From Phoronis australis (Eukaryota; Animalia; Phoronida): DNA of 64,000 bases. Every line of letters starts with the position of its first letter. Within the stretch, counting starts at the first letter, position 1. The stretch lies in the NCBI GenBank assembly GCA_002633005.1, contig NMRA01000057.1, positions 1,083,475 through 1,147,474 on the forward strand. The letters run 5' to 3'. Made by a program: the position numbers and the translations under genes. The notes under the pieces were generated by a model. That model was not told where the DNA came from. It saw nothing but the letters and a program-made list of their open reading frames with translations, and did no database searches. Below are positions 53,888-64,000 of this stretch, piece after piece.

Positions 53888-54044
53888 CAGGGGCGGATCC
53901 AGGATTTTTTAAAGGGGAGGGGACGGTCAAGGACTTTTTGAAAGGGGGACCAAGTCAACAATTTGAAAATTATAGATTTCATATCATTAAAATCAAGGAA
54001 AAAAGGGGGATCCGGACCCCTTGACCCCCCTGGATCCGCCTATG
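53888..54044 (+). mobile_element. MITE, CAGGGGCGGATCC termini (different interior), TSD cgtaa/cgtag
   Basis: caggggcggatccagg...cctggatccgcctatg with a 4/5 TSD match. Confidence 0.7.
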
Positions 54045-54219
54045 CGTAGACCAGTACGTGCTGGAGTGTGTCCTGCGGATTCCTCAGAATACGACTGGTC
54101 GAGCAGGGCGTCATCGTCGCAAGCCCTACGGATTTGACTTAAGACAGCATACTCTGATTCTTCTGACTGAGTTCCACCTACACTGTTCTCCGATTCAATG
54201 TTGCCGGGAAGTGGTCTNG

Positions 54220-54390
54220 TGACGGTTCCAAGATGGTTCTAAATTGGCTCGAAAATGTGTGATTGGCTGCTGACGGTTCCAAGATGGTTCTAAATTGGCT
54301 CGAAAATGTGTGATTGGCTGCTGACGGTTCCAAGATGGTTCTAAATTGGCTCGAAAATGTGTGATTGGCTGCTGATGGTTCTAAGATGGC
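54220..54390. repeat. 51-bp tandem repeat, ~3.3 copies, subterminal to the Dada element
   Basis: Unit tgacggttccaagatggttctaaattggctcgaaaatgtgtgattggctgc. It begins at an 'n', so the copy number may be collapsed. Confidence 0.95.
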
Positions 54391-54412
54391 TTTAATTTCT
54401 ATTAGGCACGCA

Positions 54413-54448
54413 GATGACACGCAAATTCGTGAAGCGTTCCAAATTTTT
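54413..54448 (+). pseudogene. 3' fragment of U6 snRNA (interrupted copy)
   Basis: gatgacacgcaaattcgtgaagcgttccaaattttt is identical to 39936-39971. The upstream U6 sequence is replaced by transposon end. Confidence 0.9.
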
Positions 54449-55223
54449 AACCGTTATTGCCATGATGTTATTAGTTTTCTGTTACTTCTACATTTTCAAT
54501 AAGTTTGTGGGACTGTTACCAAGTTTGCATTCATTTTTGACAACACGCATTTAATAGTGTAGCATTGGCCAAATTAATGGATTAGAGGAACAATCGTCGC
54601 GTGGCAAAATATTTCATCATTTTTTCTTTTACTTCCGACCTTTGACGTTAGGAGAATTGCCGCGACTTCTGTTTTGATATGGCGAGGAATAAAGTTGCTA
54701 CAAACGAATATACTATGACAAATATTGTTATCTGTATTTACTGATCACGTGTAAATACACGTGTTTCGAATACTCTCGTCTTTTGGTATAGGTTTTAGAG
54801 GACTTTTTTAAAAAAATGATGTTTAAAGACTAAGTATCATTCAGAAAATCTCCCAGACTATTGTTCGCGTCTCGCAGACACATTTCAAGGCTCGCACACA
54901 GACCGACCCTGCTCCGGCACATACTCCCTGCTAGTTAGTAAGAGCTATTTCCGAGATACGCTGGCGCGGTATTCTCTTCTCTCAGGCGACTTTACATGTT
55001 AACTAGATATAAAATTTCTGAGCACAAATCACCTCTCAAAAGTTTTATTTCCTCCAATATTTGATTATTCGTTTTAACCATAATTATTTAACGACTCAGT
55101 GCTTCGAAGCCATCAAATATCATATGTTTGCAATGTTGATTACAGTAGGCCATAGTCACATGCGTCGACCGTATTCGAAGCTGCGCCTATATAAAAAGTA
55201 AGCGAACTATTTCAGTAAAAGGA
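54413..55223 (+). repeat. Duplicated U6 3' end + downstream flank (paralogous to 39936-40890)
   Basis: Colinear similarity from gttattgccatgatgttattagttttctgtta to ttcagtaaaagga. About 155 bp present at ~40520-40675 is missing from this copy. Confidence 0.9.
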
Positions 55224-55849
55224 CACTTGGAATTGATTCTTTGCCGGGACATAGGCGCACTGAAATCCTATTTTGAATACTGACACACGGCCTTTTTGCT
55301 CTTGAAATAAACTACATAATCTTGCCAATGAATAAACATACTTAAATATACACAGTCGGCTTTTTGCAAAGTACAATGTGAGACTTAATTCTAACTCATA
55401 AGGTTTTTTAGTTGAATAATTTGGCATTTTCATTGGTTTATCTGGAAAGTGGACTGCATGGATTATGTCAATGATTCCCACTTTAAAATAAAATATCCCG
55501 AGAATCTCTGTATGTAATGCACCCTCTTTAGGTTTGGTCACACTGTGCTAGTTTTGTTCTTCCTAGTACACTAATACGACTAGAACCAATTTTGAAACAG
55601 TTATGAAATGGACTGTTAGCTGTCATTGTCACTAGTTTAACAAAACTTCCCAAGTAATTCGTTGCCTAGCAGAACGTCTCATCCCAATAACTCAGGAAAT
55701 GTGCTGTCAAAGTCCTCTTGTCCAGGACAATCAGTGCGCCTAACCCAGGCAAGGCTTGCGTCAGTATAAATGGCATTCATCCACCATCACCTATAAAGGA
55801 AACTTACGCGCACTGTGTGTGTGTGAAAAACAAATGAGTAGAGATAAAT

Positions 55850-56330
55850 GTATCTTTGTGAAAAATTATTAAATTTGAGAAAGGCACATGGACCAGAATA
55901 CACGCGTATACATGTACAGTACATACTCTTATTGCTTTTATACTTATGCCGTGATCCCCTGAACTCGAGTAGTGCGTAAGTAGGCCTATCCATAAATTTT
56001 CCATTACTTTGTAATCAACAGTGTATTGTGAGGAAACCCAACTGTCATTTGATTTCACTAAATTCAAATAGTTTATTGAAAAATAAAACTTTAAAAGAGG
56101 ACAATTCCAAGCCCTGTTTTTGTGAAAAAAGTATTAAATCTGAAAAAGGCACATGGACCAGAATACACGCGTATACATGCTCTTATACGTATGTCGTGAT
56201 CCCCTGAACTCGAGTACTGCGTAAGTATCCATATTTTTTCCAATACTTGGTAACCAACAGTGTATTGAGAGAGAAACCCAACTTTCATTTGATTTCACTA
56301 AATTCAAATAATTAATTGAAAAATGAAACC
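55850..56330. repeat. Diverged tandem duplication (~240-265 bp)
   Basis: aaaggcacatggaccagaatacacgcgtatacatg at ~55880 and ~56145; tcatttgatttcactaaattcaaata occurs twice. Confidence 0.85.
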
Positions 56331-56478
56331 TCAACAAGAAAATAGTCCAGCAGCTTGATGGACAAGTATTGGTCTGCTGGTGAGTAAAGAAATATGCCCA
56401 CGAGACACGAAAAGAGGTCTGAGAGGAAGGAACATGCATCAGACATGCAGACAGAAGAATATCCTAGGAAAGAGAAAA

Positions 56479-58204
56479 AACAAGAGCAACGCGGAGCGTT
56501 GAAATGCGCCCACGAATGCATCACAAATGGTGTGCTTTTGGGGTTATTTATTTGTATCATAAAAAGGCCACTAGATGGCGCAAAAACGTACAAGCCATCA
56601 GAAACGGAAACATGCCATATTTCATAAAAATTGTCAAAGAACTTTAGAGAAACAAAGGAAAACAGAACAAAATGAAACTGCCTCTTGTAGGCACAGCGTC
56701 CGTTCCATCTGCCTGAAAGTCGTCGTCTATTGTTATCTTCATATAAATTCACTTACTAAATTTAATAAAGATCCTGCAGTGGGTTTTGGAGATACTATTA
56801 TGGGCGCAAAACAAAACAAAACTACCTCTAGGAGGCGCCACAGTAGTCAGTCGCCATCAGCAAACGTCTTCTTCACACTGAAAACATATATGCCAATTTT
56901 CAAAACCATACCTAGAATTATTTGGTTGATCGAGGGGTGGACGCCAAAAACAAGATTTGAAAACAGCAAAAAATGGCCACCACATGGCGCAAAATACCTC
57001 GATTCACTCAAACACAGGATGATAGCGTCATCTCACCAATAGATGCCTATATTCAAAATTTTATGAAAATCTGTTGAGGACCTTTGAAGATACAGACTGG
57101 TAAACGTAAAAAACTAAAATTGCCACTAGGGGGCACACCACTAGTCAGATCCGTCCGAAAGTCGTGTCATCCATTGTCAACATGATATACATACACTTGC
57201 TAAATTAAGTAAAGATCCTGCAAACGGTTTAATAGATACAGCCATGAGCGCAAAAAAAACTGCCACTAGGAGGCGCCAAAGTAGTCGAACTCGTCGGAAA
57301 ATAGAAAAATCGTCGTCAGCCGTCCACTTCATAGCAAAATCATACATGCAAATTTTCACAATTATCCTGAAAGCGGTTTGGTTGATAGACGGGTGGACGC
57401 CAAAAAATAGACTCGAAAAAGTTAAAATGGCCCCTAGGTGGCGCAAACTAGGTCGAATCCATCTGAAAACGGAGAAATAGCGTCGTCTCATTAACAGATG
57501 CCTCTATGTCATATTCTGTGAAATTACGTTGAGGACCTTTGAACATACAGAGGTAAACGTAAAAAACTAAAATTGTCACTAGGTGGCACACCAGTAGTCA
57601 GATCCGTCTGAAAGTCGTCGTCCTCCCTTGTTAACATCATATAAATACACTTACTAAATCCTGCGAACGGTTTAGGGGATACAGCCATAGGCGCAAAAAA
57701 ACAATACTGCCACTAGGGGGCGCCACAGTAGTCTAAGTCGTCCGAAAATAATCGTCAGCCGTCCACTTCATAGTAACAGCATACATGCCAATTTTCACAA
57801 TCATCATTTGAGCGGTTTGGTTGATAGAGGGGTGTGGACGCAAAAAAACAGACTCGAAACTAGGTGGCGCAAACTACGTCAAATCCATCCGAAAATGGAG
57901 GAACAGCCTCATCTCACTAATAGGCGCCTATATACCAAATTTTAGGATAATCCGTTCAGTACTTTTGAAGATACAGAGGTAAACGTAAAAAAACTAAAAT
58001 TGAGGGGACACAGGTAGTCGGATCCGTCCGAAAGTTCGAGCATGCCGTCCCATCCACGGAAGGAACACATGTGCAAAGTTTCATGAACATACATGTACGT
58101 CAAGGCGTTTTGGAGATAGAGCAGCGGACACCGGGCGTCGGACGGACGGACGGACGGAGATGACGGCATAATGCTTCCACATATAAATATGTGGGCTCAT
58201 AAAA
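56479..58204 (-). mobile_element. Non-autonomous Helentron (HINE/DINE-1-like) with internal higher-order tandem repeats
   Basis: aacaagag terminus with hairpin caacgc-gga-gcgttg. SubTIRs atgcgcccac (~56504) / gtgggctcat (58191-58200). Hairpin ccacatat-aa-atatgtgg and (GACG)n microsatellite at 58141-58157. Internal ~430-456-bp repeats (aaacgtaaaaaactaaaattg at ~57102, 57555, 57981). Confidence 0.8.
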
Positions 58205-58849
58205 ATGTGCTGGTCAAGCCCCGAACACACAAGGCAGTGTAGTCTAGGTGCCTTGCCACACTAACACTTATAATGTTATTGATACCTGGCCCGAGTCATT
58301 ACACATAGTTACCATAGCAGATAACCAAGAACCGGGGCTTGGAATTACCAATGACAAAAAGAGGAAAGTGTGATGTATCGTTCCACAAATAAATAGGTTT
58401 GTACAATAGAAATACTTTTGGGTTGTAAAATTTAAGTGAAGTAAAAATTTTTTGCACGAATAAAGTCAAAATAACGGTACAAAAAGAGACGAAGGAACAG
58501 GAAACTGGAAACATATTGATAAGAATTAATAAAAACCAAAAAGAGGAAATCCTTTTAAAAAGGACAATTCCAAGCCCTGAGAACAGATACAAACAGAAAT
58601 AGCGACACTTAGCATGAAAAACTTACACTGAACATCAGATAATGGCCATACGAGAAGGAAGGTGACAATCACACCCACCGGGATACTCACTTTGCCTAGA
58701 GCAAAACCAACAAGGAATCACTTGTTCATTCCTTCTAACTAATTTCAGGACATTAATAACATTTACCACTGCGAAAGTCTATTATTCTACAAAAGACACA
58801 GAAGAGTTCCTTAATAACACAATAACGCAATCTAACACCGCATACCACA

Positions 58850-60530
58850 GATTACTTTTTCGGCTTCAGCGGAGAAATCTTTTTTCTCTCCAGCAGCCAC
58901 TCAGCTGGCTTTTTACCTCCAACAAAAGGTGTCCAACCCATTCACTCACGAATGACGGCTATGGCCAAACTCTTTCGTCCTCAGCTGGTGGCAGTTATTG
59001 TACGAGTTCTGATGTTTGTATTTTGTCAGGATGATCGCGTGACTTTCTTTCTCTCATTTTTGCCTGTAATTGGTACCAGACTTTGGTATTCTGGTGCAAG
59101 CAGATAATTGTTTTGAGATCTGCTGGCTAAGTGAAAGTGGTAGCTACAGTGCCGTTGCTGGTACCTAAGTCATGCACCAGAGTAACAGGATACACAAGGC
59201 CTGGCTTTGGTAGTAGCTGCTTGGGACCCGGTGTTGATGACTTGGCTGTCATATGACGCTTTGGAAGCAAACTCTGCTCCAACACTCGAATTTTGAAAAC
59301 TCTGTTATTCCACCAGAACATGACAGTTTTCCGATTCACTTTATAGAGCTGCAGATTTGCTATCTCTACGATTCGGTCATTTCGAGTAACCAGGCCTCAA
59401 ATTCTGAGATAGGAGTCCAGAGACTGTCGCCATCTACATGTAGATGCCACAGACTTGCACCACGGGAAAGCACATTCATCTTTTCAAACAATGCCTCAAG
59501 AAGCGCTCTGGTATCAACCTGTGTTGCCGGATCACCACAAGAACTGTTCTTTCCCTAAGCTTATAACACCTTGCATCACAGTCTGTAGTCAGAAACACGT
59601 GAAAGTGTGGACTGCTTCAGGGTTACTGATAATTTTTGCCAGGAAACAATAATGGGATTGCTGGACATTGCCTCATTGACGGCATACTAGCCCTTAACCT
59701 TTACAAGCTCACCAAAAATTCTCTGAATTTCATTCCAACCTAGAATTCCACAAGGATCAACTATTTTCTGAAGGAATAATGCACACGCACCACTGGAGCA
59801 AGAACACAGGGCCTGTAGTAGGCGATTGACTTACATGTAAGTGTCCTGGTGCAGAGAGTCGCTGTCTGCTGGCTCAAAGAGGGAGGGGACACCACAGTTG
59901 TTGATGGTAGCCCAAAGTCATGCACTGCAAGAACAGGAAAAACAAGACCTGGAAGCAGCTTCTTTGGGGCTGGTATTGACAAGTTGGCAGACATTTCAGA
60001 ATTTGGTGGCAAACCCTGCTCCAGCAATCACTTCTCCAAACCCTCCGCCAGTATATGACGTTTTTTGATTGATCCCATACAGCTGCATGTTGGTCAGGTC
60101 CATGATCTTTCCTGTTGTGTGACAAGACCTCGAATCCTGTGTTATCACTCCAGCATTTGTCTCCATCTGGATGCTCCGGTATACTAGATAGGAAGGCACG
60201 TTCCAACCTTTCGAACAATAATGCTTCAATAAGAGGGTTGGCATCCACGTGCGTTGCTGGTGCAATACAAGACCTAATTGTAGCTTTCCTCTAGCTCACC
60301 ATACGTTCTGTCGCTATCTGGCTTCGTTAGGATGCAAAGCGTTCTCTGTGGCTCTGGCTCAAAAGTCTTCTAAAAAAATAATGCACTGTTGAGACACTGC
60401 AGTTTCATGGAAAACACGTAGGTCAATAGAACACATTCAAGACTATTATTTATATCTGCTTAGACTGTACCTGTGAAGATCTGTTCAATAAACCCCTTGC
60501 CTTTCCTGGCTATCCATTTCAACCTGGTCA
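58850..60530 (-). mobile_element. Second, more decayed Dada transposase 3' fragment
   Basis: 59266-59830 aligns with 46737-47290, and 59750-60530 with ~47210-48200 (VMFWWNNR, KKLLPGLVFP). It extends further 3' to a C-terminal-like FVGGKKPAEWLLERKK near 58880-58927. Confidence 0.75.
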
Positions 60531-60534
60531 AAGT

Positions 60535-60855
60535 TATCAGATGTGGCCTTTTCCTCAACTCTGACAAGTTCAGGCACAACTTTAGTAATGTCTCTCCAAA
60601 ATGTAAATGTGGTGACCATCAATCGTATCCTCATATTTTCTTCAAATGTCCCCTCATCGAAAACCCGAGAGACTCATTCTTTCGTGCATTCAATGAAAAC
60701 CAATTGTTAACGCTCTCAATTCTTGTAACAATATTCCTACTAGAGTTACATTATTATTGAATGGTAGTCCTAACCTTGACCTCGTTCTCAACGAATATCT
60801 CCTAAGCAACGTTAGTAAATTTTTATGTACCGTTTATCAATATTGTTGCATCTGA
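60535..60855 (+). mobile_element. LINE ORF2 C-terminal fragment (CR1-like group)
   Basis: Reads IRCGLFLNSDKFRHNFSNVSPKCKCGDHQSYPHIFFKCP..., then LLLNGSPNLDLVLNEYLLSNVSKFL in another frame. This is the typical C-x-C-G..H-x-F-x-x-C-P LINE tail; it truncates the second Dada fragment. Confidence 0.65.
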
Positions 60856-63800
60856 TTTCCCTACATGAATCTGTACATATTTTTATTTTTATATATCTGT
60901 AATAGCATGTTTAAGTATTGGAATACTTATTTTAGGTATTACTTAATTGTATATACCTCTATGTACATGTATATTAGTTTCATTTATGAATTGTTAAAAC
61001 CCAGATATAATGCTTCGCGGTTTCTGGGTTTGTTATTATTTCTTTGTATGTTCTGTGTATTCTTCAATCAATATATATCGAAAATAATGTTAGCACTAGG
61101 AGTAAAAAGTGGGGTTACCAAGAGTAGACAGTATGCGAATCAATTGAAGTACAGAATATATCATCCATGTGTGATCATTTTTGTAGGCGGACTGTTCCAA
61201 GTCTGTTCTCAATTTGGTCTTAATCTGTTCCGAAATCGTGCAAGGATGACACACAACTTCGTAAACCGTTCCAAATTTTGTTACGATATAGTAAATAGTC
61301 CAACGCCACGGGGGCCATGTATAGTTATATCATAGACTAGGTTGTCTATGATATACTACTATATTCATTAAATTTAAGGCAGGCTGTTACAAAGTTTGTG
61401 GTAATATTTCTTGTTATAAATGATAAATAGACTAGAAAGACTGGTTCAATTTCGAAGCAAAATGTGTAATGCGATGAGGTACCTGTTGCCAAGTCTCACT
61501 GGTTACGTAACTCACAGGCATACATCTGGTGAAACGGAAGGCCTCTAAGACAAGGAGACAATAGCAATAGTTGCTAATAAAATACAAAAACTTGCCTTGC
61601 CGTGTACTGTAGGCTAAATATAACTGGAAAATTATGGAGTCGGGATGGGATGCATGTAGACGGTGGCGATGAAATTAATGAAGCAGACCTTAATTTCAAA
61701 TTTCACAGTCTGGACAACCTCTTACTGAAATTCCCAAATAAATATTCAAAACAAACGGCTTTTTATCCATTTAAACCCAATTTTCCAACCCACACTTACA
61801 ATTGTTAATTTTATTGCGTTTTTCTTTCCTTTGGTATGTCAGTGGGTTTCAAAAGAGTAGTCGCTTGAGAAGTTTGCAAAAGCTAGCTTAGCGACATTTT
61901 CTGAGTCACCTTTTTTCTCCCATACACCACCCTAATTGCAAACGAGTAAAACACAGCTTCTTAGTAATGTGTTTGATCTGTCTTGTGTAAAATTTAACCA
62001 CAAACCGGTGAATATTCCACTAATAAAATATTTCTATGACTCCAATTTTCTGTCAAAATATCAACCAAAAAAGAAATAGTAATAGAAACACAAGCTTTCC
62101 TTTTCAACGCAGAGTTTTCTTTTGCTTCAAAGTATACTTACCAATTCTCAAAAACGCCTCGAGTATCACCACTGAAGTAAACACAAAGTGCATACCTTCC
62201 ATCACCATTGGCAACCAATAGCTTGCAAGCCCTCCGTACATGGTTGGAAAACTTAACAGCGAATAAAATGAATCTCGCTAATACGATCGTTGTTTCATTT
62301 GCACGTGAAATTGAATTACTGTCATTATTTGGAATTTTTTAATTTACTAACTGCCAAATGTTCTTCTTAGGTCAATTACTTTCATATAAGAATGGTTCTG
62401 GCGTTAACAAACGTGTTATGAGGAACGAGGTTGTTTTTGGAAAAAATAGCAGTCGAAGGCAAATTGTTCCTCATTTTTGTGTGATATAAATACACCTAAC
62501 ATTTGCCATCTCTTATATATCTTCACTTCCTTCATGTTCATGCTTTTGGAACTACTTGTATGACGTCATAGGTCATCGGGTTAACACTAATGACCACAAA
62601 AATATAGGGACATTGGTCGCTTGCTCTTGTATTTTTGCATTATTATTTACCAGAATTGTTATTTATTCACCTACAATGCGTACTGTTTTTTAAAGTTTGA
62701 TTTGCTTGCGTACATTGCATGAGCGGCGCACCACAGGGAACTGGGGGGAGCTAGTTTCAGCAGCTTATTTCAGTGCTGCGCCCCTCAAGTATTGACAAAT
62801 AAATATTTGAAAGTTCCCATTTTACGCCAAGTAATGTTAAATTCAAATAATACGTCTCAGACATTGAGTATCCTTGCGCACAACTTGTTTATATACAACT
62901 TCCATTCTGCCTGTAGTGCACGTGCCGTGGCTTAGCGGTAAAGTGTGAGCTTGCAAATTGACCTATCGCCAGGATTATGGCGGACGGCTTAATTGACCAA
63001 TCAGAACAAAGCATTCTTGGCACACCTTCGTCTGTGTTTCCAAGCCGCCATTATACCCGACAAACCACACGTAGTCGAGTAAAACTTACTTTGGTCTATA
63101 GCTCAAGAAATTGTCCGCTAAGAATGGGGAAACGGTGTTGATATGGTGTGTGTAGCACCGAAAGCCGTTATGCTACTCCAGAATAATATCCCGTCATTTT
63201 TTGGCATGTCCTAAGCCGAAAAATGATGTCGAAAAGCGTAAACTATGGATCAAGCTGTGTTCGGCCACACGAGCAGCTGAACTTAACGATGTTTCTTGAT
63301 AACTCGAAGGCTATAATAAACACAAATATGTTAGTTCCAAGATACGCACTTTTCAGCTTGGTGGCTATGGTGAAGGGCTATCTCAGGCTCCCGAGTTTCC
63401 TACGTCTGGCCGCCTTTGTCTCGACACCTGGTGGATCTCAGCACTCTAGCGGTAGAGTCCCCAGAAATTGTTGTTTTCAAGGACATTTTTATTTTATTTT
63501 TTTTTTATTTATTTCATCCTAACAGAGGTACATTTTTGTTATTCATAAACCCGTAGGCTGGCGTTCAACTGAACTTCTCTCCCGGTCAAAATTCAGAGAT
63601 TCCATCGGCACAGGGAGGGCAACGGGATTACTGCCGGTAACTCAAAGCCCAGTGGTCGAGCTGTTGTCACTAAAAATAAACTGTTGAATTACTTTTTGAC
63701 GTGTACCTCTAGTATACACTATGTCTGTAGAGTTAGACAGAGCTCATTTTGATGTTGTTCAAACATGATATGTAGATTTATGAAGCTTTAAAAAAGAATT

Positions 63801-64000
63801 TGAGTTATTTTTGTAAATACCCTACTTTTGCAACTACCACACCAGACTTGTAATCTTTTGTAACCATACCACGACTTAATGATCATGCTACCTTCAAAAT
63901 TAAATGAAAGGTACCTTTATAGAATGAAACTACAAAAAAAATGCCAAGTTCGTAAGAAGGTAGGCCTAATTTAAACGGTCTTAATGGTGCAAACGGACAA

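Larger units (their letters stand above)
46737..54412 (-). mobile_element. Dada-superfamily DNA transposon inserted in a U6 gene (Dada-U6-like); 3' end truncated
   Basis: Spliced DDE transposase on the minus strand. The right end abuts the 3' part of U6 at the ISL loop region, in opposite orientation. The left part is cut by the 193-bp satellite. Confidence 0.75.

Noticed and set aside
54220-54390. CRISPR-like or protein-coding repeat (ORF 54178-54420)
   Set aside because: Head-to-tail identical units with no spacers in a eukaryotic context. The ORF is a by-product of a 51-bp (3n) unit.
60865-61335. 156-aa hydrophobic ORF
   Set aside because: Low-complexity AT-rich sequence that looks like the 3' UTR of the adjacent LINE fragment; no domain signal.
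62925-62960. tRNA gene or tRNA-derived SINE head (A-box TGGCTTAGCGG)
   Set aside because: No B-box or cloverleaf follows.

Overview
Eukaryotic (probably invertebrate bilaterian) genomic DNA, AT-rich and repeat-dense. The one complete host gene I can reconstruct is a 5-exon MFSD4/NaGlt1-like MFS transporter on the minus strand (30150-37698, about 508 aa). The central locus is a U6 snRNA cluster. It has an intact-looking U6 gene with PSE-like and TATA promoter (39864-39972), carrying a variant 5' hairpin and one extra G in the ISL loop. A second U6 copy survives only as its 3' end plus about 0.8 kb of homologous flank (54413-55223). That copy breaks at the ISL loop and directly abuts a ~7.7 kb spliced DDE transposon in opposite orientation, whose transposase motifs (KMDSTKK, YVDRDCC, DxxH, SLESFH) fit the U6-targeting Dada superfamily; this copy is now pseudogenised. 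A second Dada 3' fragment lies at about 58.9-60.5 kb. Other features: two tandem histone 3' stem-loops beside an assembly gap, a Helentron/HINE-like element carrying co-oriented CTCF-like motifs, a decayed REL-type (Hero-like) retrotransposon in an MFS intron, CR1/L2-type LINE fragments, a THAP pseudogene, satellites and many MITEs, five of them with 5-bp TSDs. All family assignments are from motif recognition by eye; no database search was run.
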